Source: Nitrospinaceae bacterium | GTDB lineage: Bacteria; Nitrospinota; Nitrospinia; Nitrospinales; VA-1 | Assembly: GCA_046754465.1 (NCBI GenBank) | Contig: JBHHVU010000014.1 | Span: forward strand, 1 to 64,000 | Length of the DNA stretch: 64,000 nt | Direction: 5' to 3' | Shown here: positions 58,065-64,000 of the stretch, in pieces | Position numbering within the stretch: position 1 is the stretch's first letter | How the letters are laid out: each line of letters starts with the position of its first letter | Program-made: the position numbers and the translations under genes | Notes under the pieces: generated by a model | The model's database searches: none | What the model was told of the DNA's origin: nothing | Seen by the model: only the letters and a program-made list of their open reading frames with translations

Positions 58065-58834
58065 TGCTGCGATTAAAAGACGTTTCATTCGCCTACGATA
58101 AGGATCCGGTATTGAAATATATTTCCCTGGCCATCGGCAAGGGGGAATTCGTGGGGATTCTGGGTCCGAACGGTTCGGGCAAATCGACTCTTCTAAAAAT
58201 GATGGGAGGAATTTTGCGGGCCGGCACCGGTCAAATATCATTCCGGGAAACCGATATCGATCATTACAAAAGAAAAATTCTGGCACGGTCCGTCGCGTGG
58301 ATTCCCCAGGAGCATCCTCAGGTATTTCCCTTCCGGGTGCAGGAGATCGTTTTGATGGGCCGGCACCCCTATCTTTCCCCGTTGACCTTCGAAAAAGAGG
58401 AGGACTATGGTATCGCGGACCGGGCCATGAAAATCACCGAAACCTCTCACCTGGCGGCGCGCCGATTCAACGAGGTCAGCGGCGGGGAAAAACAACGCGT
58501 GATGATCGCCAGCGCCATCGCCCAGGAACCGGAAATCATGATTCTCGACGAACCGACGACCGCCCTGGATATCAAGTATCAACTGGAAATTCTGAATATC
58601 CTCAAAAGACTGAACCTCAAAAAAAGCATGACCCTGGTGCTGGCCATGCACGACCTGCATCTGGCTTCCAAGTTTTGCCGGCGGCTGATTCTTCTCAACC
58701 AAGGACGCATCATCAAGGACGGAACACCCGGCGAGGTTCTCCAGAGGGAAATTCTGGAGGAGGTTTACGGGGTAAAAATCAAACTTTTCCGGGATCAGGA
58801 CGACGGCAGCTTCCTGATTTCCTCGGTGACGTGA
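58064..58834 (+). CDS. btuD: Cobalamin/iron-chelate ABC transporter ATPase
   Basis: GPNGSGKST, VSGGEKQR, ILDEPT, MHDL. Confidence 0.88.
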   Translation: MLRLKDVSFAYDKDPVLKYISLAIGKGEFVGILGPNGSGKSTLLKMMGGILRAGTGQISFRETDIDHYKRKILARSVAWIPQEHPQVFPFRVQEIVLMGRHPYLSPLTFEKEEDYGIADRAMKITETSHLAARRFNEVSGGEKQRVMIASAIAQEPEIMILDEPTTALDIKYQLEILNILKRLNLKKSMTLVLAMHDLHLASKFCRRLILLNQGRIIKDGTPGEVLQREILEEVYGVKIKLFRDQDDGSFLISSVT

Positions 58835-59856
58835 TGCACGTGATGAGCCTTTCCGGCAGGAAACAAAAACAATACTTCACCACCCTGGGATGGTTCGCGT
58901 TGGTGTTCCTGGTGACCCTCACCGCGGCTCCCCTGGTCGGCTCGACTCACATCAGCCTGATGAAGGCGTTGTCGCGGGAAATCCCTCTCGCCGAAAACGT
59001 GGATGCCAACATCCTCTTTTTGGCTCGGTTGCCACGGGTCCTTCTCGCGGCGGTTACCGGAGCGGCCCTCTCGGTATCCGGAGCGGTCTTTCAAGCCATA
59101 TTACGAAACGATCTCGCGGCCCCCATCACCCTGGGCGTTTCGAGCGGCGCGGCGTTTGGCGCGGTTTTGGCCATCAGCCTGGGCTGGTCTTTCACCGTCC
59201 TGGGGTTTTCGAGCCTCTCCCTGGCCGCTTTCCTGGGGGCGATGGGCGCCGTCTTCCTGGTGTTCAGCCTGGTGAGAACCCGGCAGGGGGAACTGCCCAC
59301 ATCCACGATTCTCCTGGCGGGGGTTACCGCCAATTTCTTTTTCGCCGCCATGGTCATGTTCATTCATTATCTTTCCAACGTCACCCAGTCCTTCCGCATT
59401 GTGCGGTGGCTGATGGGCGGATTGGACATCACCGATTACCAGACCGTGCTGTCGATCTGCCCGCTGGTGTTTCTGGGCATTGCCATTTTGATGGTGATCG
59501 GGCGGGACCTGAACCTCGTGAGCACGGGTTCCCATTCGGCCCTCAGCCGAGGGGTCGATGTTCCCAAAATTCAGAAACTGGGGCTGATCAGCGCGTCGCT
59601 TATCACCGGATCGGTGGTGGCCGTGAGCGGTCCCATCGGATTCGTGGGGCTGGTGGTTCCGCACATCGTCCGGCTGCTCATCGGACCGGACCAGAGATTA
59701 TTGATCCCCGCATCGTTGTTTTTCGGGGCGAGTTTCCTCATCGTTTGCGATACGGTGGCGCGGACGGTGATCGCGCCCACGGAGATCCCCGTGGGGGTCA
59801 TCACCGCGATGATCGGCGCGCCATTTTTCATCTGGCTGCTCAAGAGACAGGGTTAG
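58834..59856 (+). CDS. btuC: Cobalamin ABC transporter permease (FecCD family)
   Basis: RLPRV, LRNDLAAP.TLGVSSGA, GPIGFVGLVVPH, IPVGVIT; ATG overlaps the btuD stop. Confidence 0.88.
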   Translation: MHVMSLSGRKQKQYFTTLGWFALVFLVTLTAAPLVGSTHISLMKALSREIPLAENVDANILFLARLPRVLLAAVTGAALSVSGAVFQAILRNDLAAPITLGVSSGAAFGAVLAISLGWSFTVLGFSSLSLAAFLGAMGAVFLVFSLVRTRQGELPTSTILLAGVTANFFFAAMVMFIHYLSNVTQSFRIVRWLMGGLDITDYQTVLSICPLVFLGIAILMVIGRDLNLVSTGSHSALSRGVDVPKIQKLGLISASLITGSVVAVSGPIGFVGLVVPHIVRLLIGPDQRLLIPASLFFGASFLIVCDTVARTVIAPTEIPVGVITAMIGAPFFIWLLKRQG

Positions 59857-59867
59857 GAGGGGAATCC

Positions 59868-61400
59868 ATGGCCGCGAAGACATTGATGGTTCAGGGAACG
59901 GGGTCGGGCGTCGGGAAGAGCATCATCACCGCCGCCCTGTGCCGCCGGTTTTACAAGGACGGATGGCGGGTAGCCCCCTTCAAGGCCCAGAACATGTCGC
60001 TGAACTCCTTCGTCACGGAGGACGGCGGGGAACTGGGACGCGCCCAGGCTTACCAGGCCGAGGCCTGCGGAGTGAAACCCCATGTGGCGATGAACCCCAT
60101 CCTGCTCAAACCCTGCGGGGACAACGGGTCCCAGGTCATCGTCATGGGCAAGGTGACCGAAACGCAAAACGCCAAATCCTACTACGCCGGAATCAACGGG
60201 TACCGGCAGGAGATCCGCCAGGCCTTGAACCATCTGCGCGGCCATTACGACTTGGTCATCCTGGAGGGAGCGGGCAGCCCGGCGGAGATCAACCTCAAGC
60301 AATGGGATCTCGTCAACATGCCCATGGCGGAAATGGCCGGGGCGCCGGTGCTCATCGTCGGTGACATCGACCGGGGCGGGGTCTTCGCCTGGATGAAGGG
60401 GACTTATGACCTTTTGACTCCGGACGAGCGGAACCGGGTGGGCGGATTCATCATCAACAAATTCCGCGGCGACCTCTCCCTTCTGCAACCGGGGTTGCGC
60501 CAGTTCGAGCGGATGGTCCACAAACCCGTGCTGGGCGTCATCCCCTATTGCCGGGACCTCGTCGTGGACGAAGAAGACGCCCTCCCCGCCTGGAATCATC
60601 CGCCGAACCCAACCGGGGCGCGGACGCTCGACGTGGCGGTCCTCTGGTATCCCCGAATCTCCAATTTCACGGATATCACTCCCCTCGCCTCGGATCCCTC
60701 GGTCGGGTTGCGTTACGTGTCTCATCCCGCGCAATTGGGCCAACCCGATCTCATCATCCTTCCGGGCAGCAAAAACACCATTGAGGACCTGCGCTTCCTC
60801 AAAAGCCAGGGCCTGGACCGGGCGGTGCGCGAAAGGTACCGGCAGGGGACGATACTCCTTGGGCTTTGCGGCGGATTCCAAATGCTGGGAGGCAAAATAC
60901 GCGATCCCCTGCACCTGGAAACCCGGCACGGGGAAGCCGAGGGACTCCAATTCTTCGATCTGGATACGACGCTGCGGCAAGAAAAGATCACGCGTCAGGT
61001 CTGGGCCACCACCCTCACCAGCCCGGTATTCCCGGCTGGGTCGATCGCGGAAGGCTACGAAATTCATATGGGCGTGACGGAACCGGGTAGCCCTTATCCC
61101 CCTCTGTTCGCCCACGAGGACGAAAACACCTCGCGGCACCTGGGAATCACCAATCCGGAAGGAACCCTGGTGGGGACCTACCTGCACGGATTCCTGGACC
61201 GGGACGAACTCCGGGAGGACTTCCTCAAACACGTTCGCGGCCGACGGGGCCTGCCCGAACCGGATAAAAAATTCCAGTATCAACGGTTCCGGCAACAACA
61301 GCTCGACCGATTGACCCACCTGGTCTGCGAATCCCTGGATATGCAGCGTATCCGGGACATCCTTCAGGGAAAGGAGGTGAGGGAACCGGCCAAACCCTGA
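59868..61400 (+). CDS. cobQ: Cobyric acid synthase
   Basis: AGGAGG then MAAKTLMVQGTGSGVGKS; PFKAQNMSLN, EGAGSPAEINL, CGGFQMLG, GTYLHG. Confidence 0.95.
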   Translation: MAAKTLMVQGTGSGVGKSIITAALCRRFYKDGWRVAPFKAQNMSLNSFVTEDGGELGRAQAYQAEACGVKPHVAMNPILLKPCGDNGSQVIVMGKVTETQNAKSYYAGINGYRQEIRQALNHLRGHYDLVILEGAGSPAEINLKQWDLVNMPMAEMAGAPVLIVGDIDRGGVFAWMKGTYDLLTPDERNRVGGFIINKFRGDLSLLQPGLRQFERMVHKPVLGVIPYCRDLVVDEEDALPAWNHPPNPTGARTLDVAVLWYPRISNFTDITPLASDPSVGLRYVSHPAQLGQPDLIILPGSKNTIEDLRFLKSQGLDRAVRERYRQGTILLGLCGGFQMLGGKIRDPLHLETRHGEAEGLQFFDLDTTLRQEKITRQVWATTLTSPVFPAGSIAEGYEIHMGVTEPGSPYPPLFAHEDENTSRHLGITNPEGTLVGTYLHGFLDRDELREDFLKHVRGRRGLPEPDKKFQYQRFRQQQLDRLTHLVCESLDMQRIRDILQGKEVREPAKP

Positions 61401-61439
61401 ATTTCAGAGGAACCAATTTCTATTAATTTATCAGAGTAT

Positions 61440-61582
61440 CGATTCGGGAAAGGGAAGACCGGTAAAAATCCGGCACTGCCCCGCAACTGTGAAGGGAACG
61501 AAACCCGCAAAAAGCCACTGTCCACCAGGATGGGAAGGCGCGGGAAGTAGGCAGCCCCAAGTCAGGAAACCTGTCCGAAACG
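61440..61582 (+). ncRNA. Cobalamin riboswitch 2
   Basis: AAAGGGAA-CCGGTAAAAATCCGG-CACTGCCCCGCAACTGT, GCCACTG..TGGGAAGG and AGTCAGGAAACCTG; precedes btuB. Confidence 0.92.
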
Positions 61583-61616
61583 AATTCGCAACCACCTTCG
61601 AGGGAAAGGATGTTTC

Positions 61617-63476
61617 ATGAAAAACCCATTTATGACCACCGGCGTATTGATTTTTCTTATGACTGGAACCACCGCCTATTCGGCAAACGTGGAGGAAGAA
61701 ACCATCGAACTGAAACCCGTAAAGGTAAAAGCCGCGCGGAAAGCCACCAACCGGGAAAACATTCCCTCCTCGCTGACCATCATCTCCGAGAAGGAAATCA
61801 AAAGGAAAAAGTTTCTCCAGGTGGAGGAACTCCTGAGAGGGGAACTGGGCCTGGATGTCGCCCGGAACGGCCCGCTGGGAGGAACCACCAGCGTATTCAT
61901 GCGCGGGGCGGGGTCCAGCTCTACATTGGTCATGGTGGACGGAATCCAGGTGAATCTCAACACCACCGGGGGATTCAATTTCGCCCACCTGACGACCGAC
62001 AACATCGAGCGTATAGAAATCCTGAGAGGCCCGCAAAGCACGTTATGGGGAGGAGATGCCGTGGGAGGCGTCATCAACATCATCACCAAGAAAGGAAAGG
62101 GAAAACCCGTGCATTCCTTGTCCTTCGAGGGAGGAAGTTTTGACACGTTCAAGGAAACGGCCACGAGTTCCGGAGCCTTCCAGAAGTTCGATTACTCCAT
62201 CTCCGCCTCGCGGACCGACAGCGGGGGTTTCTCCTCCGCCACCGAAAACCGTGGCAATCCCGAAGAGGACGGCTACGAAAATACCACCGTGTCAACCCGC
62301 CTGGGAATGGGATTTCTAGACGATGGCCGGGTCGAATTCGTCGGCCGATACACCCGGGCCATCTCCCAGTTTGACGGTTTCAGTTTTGCCACAGGGCTCC
62401 CCGCCGATGGCAACAACGGCAGCAAAATCGACACCTATTTTTTGGCAATTCCCATAACAAAATCCTTTGGCGGATGGTGGGAGGTCACGCTCAATCCCAA
62501 CTTCGCCTCGGACGAGTCCTTCAGTTTTGATCCCACCTTCAGCAATTCCCACATCATCAACCGGACCTACACCGTGGACTTGCAGAATAACCTGAAGCTG
62601 CACAAATACGTTTCCGCGGTATTCGGCGGGGAATACCAGGTGCAAAACGGGGTCAATGAAGAAAACGGCCTGGTCCGAAGCATCTACACGCAGGGGTATT
62701 TCCTACAGGCCGTCTTCAATTATCTGGACCGGGTGGTGTTGACCGCGGGATTCCGCCATGACATCAATTCGGTGTTTGAGGACAAAACCACCAAAAAATT
62801 TGAAGCCGCCTACCGGTTCGAGAAAACGGGAACCCGGGTGCGGACCGCTTATGCCACCGGATTCCGGGCTCCCACGGTCAACGACCTGTTCTTTCCGCCG
62901 CTTTTTGGTTTCACAACCAGCAATCCGAATTTAAAGCCGGAGGAAAGTAAAAGCTGGGAGGTCGGCATCGACCAAAGTCTGTGGAACCGCCGCGTCCGTG
63001 TGGGAATCACTTATTTCGATTCGAATTTCACCAACCTCATTCAGTTGGACAGTGCCTTTATTCCCCAAAACATCGGCAAGGCCGATTCCCGGGGGATTGA
63101 AAGCGAAATCGATCTGCAACTGACCGAGGACCTCGATGTGGCGCTCCGGCATACCTGGAACGAAACCTTCGATCAAAACGATGCGCCCCTAAGAAGACGC
63201 GCCAAGCACAAATTCACCGCCTCGGTGCACCACAACTGGAACAAGAAGCTGGATACCCTGGTGAGCGTGTACGTGAGAGGTGGCATCCGGGACGGCAAGT
63301 TCAACACAGACGCCTTCACGACCGTTCGGGCCGTTTTAAGTTATCAACTCACGAAAAACCTTAAAATCACCGCCCGGGGAGAAAATCTCCTGGACGAAAA
63401 TTATGAAGAACTGCCGGGCTTCGGCACGGCAGGGGTTTCCGGATACGCCGGATTCACCTATTACCTGGATCAATGA
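61617..63476 (+). CDS. btuB: TonB-dependent cobalamin receptor
   Basis: Signal peptide; plug motif IERIEILRGPQSTLWGGDAVGGVINIIT; GFRAP, NPNLKPEES, ENLLDENY; lies downstream of the riboswitch. Confidence 0.88.
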   Translation: MKNPFMTTGVLIFLMTGTTAYSANVEEETIELKPVKVKAARKATNRENIPSSLTIISEKEIKRKKFLQVEELLRGELGLDVARNGPLGGTTSVFMRGAGSSSTLVMVDGIQVNLNTTGGFNFAHLTTDNIERIEILRGPQSTLWGGDAVGGVINIITKKGKGKPVHSLSFEGGSFDTFKETATSSGAFQKFDYSISASRTDSGGFSSATENRGNPEEDGYENTTVSTRLGMGFLDDGRVEFVGRYTRAISQFDGFSFATGLPADGNNGSKIDTYFLAIPITKSFGGWWEVTLNPNFASDESFSFDPTFSNSHIINRTYTVDLQNNLKLHKYVSAVFGGEYQVQNGVNEENGLVRSIYTQGYFLQAVFNYLDRVVLTAGFRHDINSVFEDKTTKKFEAAYRFEKTGTRVRTAYATGFRAPTVNDLFFPPLFGFTTSNPNLKPEESKSWEVGIDQSLWNRRVRVGITYFDSNFTNLIQLDSAFIPQNIGKADSRGIESEIDLQLTEDLDVALRHTWNETFDQNDAPLRRRAKHKFTASVHHNWNKKLDTLVSVYVRGGIRDGKFNTDAFTTVRAVLSYQLTKNLKITARGENLLDENYEELPGFGTAGVSGYAGFTYYLDQ

Positions 63477-63578
63477 AGGGAGATTTCTTCTTCGTGCGAA
63501 GGGTTCATGGAAAAATAACCGGGTTTTCCTTGCAAGGTTGGGTCCAACCCGGCCGGGAGCGTTAACGTGCAAACCAGA

Positions 63579-64000
63579 ATGACAATAAAACTCCGGCGGC
63601 GAAACGGCCTGAAATACACGGTGGCCCTTTCCGCGGTGCTGCACGCGGCCGGGTTTTATCTGGCGGCCCACCTGGTCATCGATTCCCTGCAAAGGAAATA
63701 CGAGAACCCGCCCATTCGGATCAAGGATGTGGTTCAAAAAGCAGAGCAAAAACCCATCGTCAAACCCTCACCCACCCAACCGGTTCCCCCCAGGGAAAAA
63801 CAGTTCGACAAAAAAATGTCCGTGGAAAGTTCCCAGGCTTCCCCAAGGGTGGAAACCGCCATCCTTGCCGTTCCAGCCTCCCCGGCGGAAGAATTTTCCG
63901 GTGGCGTCCCTCTCCAGATGGCGGACATTGTATTCGGGCCCAAGCAATCCATCGAAGTCCCGGAAATACATGCACCGGTCCCTGCCGGCCCCGCGGGACC
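63579..64000 (+). CDS. TonB-family energy transducer, 5' part (runs off the window)
   Basis: Open frame MTIKLRRRNGLKYTVALSAVLHAAG (SxxxH TM motif) followed by a Pro-rich linker; no stop before the window end. Confidence 0.7.
   Translation, partial: MTIKLRRRNGLKYTVALSAVLHAAGFYLAAHLVIDSLQRKYENPPIRIKDVVQKAEQKPIVKPSPTQPVPPREKQFDKKMSVESSQASPRVETAILAVPASPAEEFSGGVPLQMADIVFGPKQSIEVPEIHAPVPAGPAG

Noticed and set aside
58297..59867. Apparent N-terminal extensions of btuC (519 aa) and cobQ (836 aa)
   Set aside because: Open frames overlapping the upstream genes; family-typical starts lie at 58834 and 59868. The extensions of pelG, ileS and pelA were trimmed for the same reason.

Overview
Bacterial chromosomal window; the gene content suggests a Gram-negative organism, possibly Nitrospinota-like (inference only). 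I saw no rRNA, tRNA, CRISPR array or transposase. (1) 0.9-8.8 kb (+): an uncharacterised glycan-type operon of APH-family kinase, histidine phosphatase, ABC exporter, GT-B glycosyltransferase, deacetylase and AlgE-like porin. (2) 8.8-26.5 kb (-), converging on it: a non-canonical Pel exopolysaccharide locus. It has pelA without the N-terminal hydrolase domain, three TPR genes where pelB normally lies (only the last with a beta-barrel), no recognisable pelC, then pelD/E/F/G, a His-rich beta-propeller and a methyltransferase. Two of the TPR genes share an apparently identical 589-bp block. (3) 27.6-35 kb: DUF1264 protein, GAF-kinase/NarL two-component pair, CBS protein, an unannotated 52-aa membrane protein, lytic transglycosylase and a Cys-less DJ-1 protein. 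(4) 35-42 kb (-): GT2, site-2 protease, trpS, ileS, lspA and lgt, with a small inverted-repeat element between lspA and lgt. (5) 42-54 kb: acidic membrane-anchored protein, MinD/FlhG ATPase and a surface-glycan cluster with two AsnB-like amidotransferases and a radical SAM enzyme. (6) 54.5-64 kb: a probable CC-adding tRNA nucleotidyltransferase, an esterase and a B12 uptake region (btuFDC-cobQ, btuB, tonB) with two cobalamin riboswitches. All calls come from motif recognition by eye; no searches were run.
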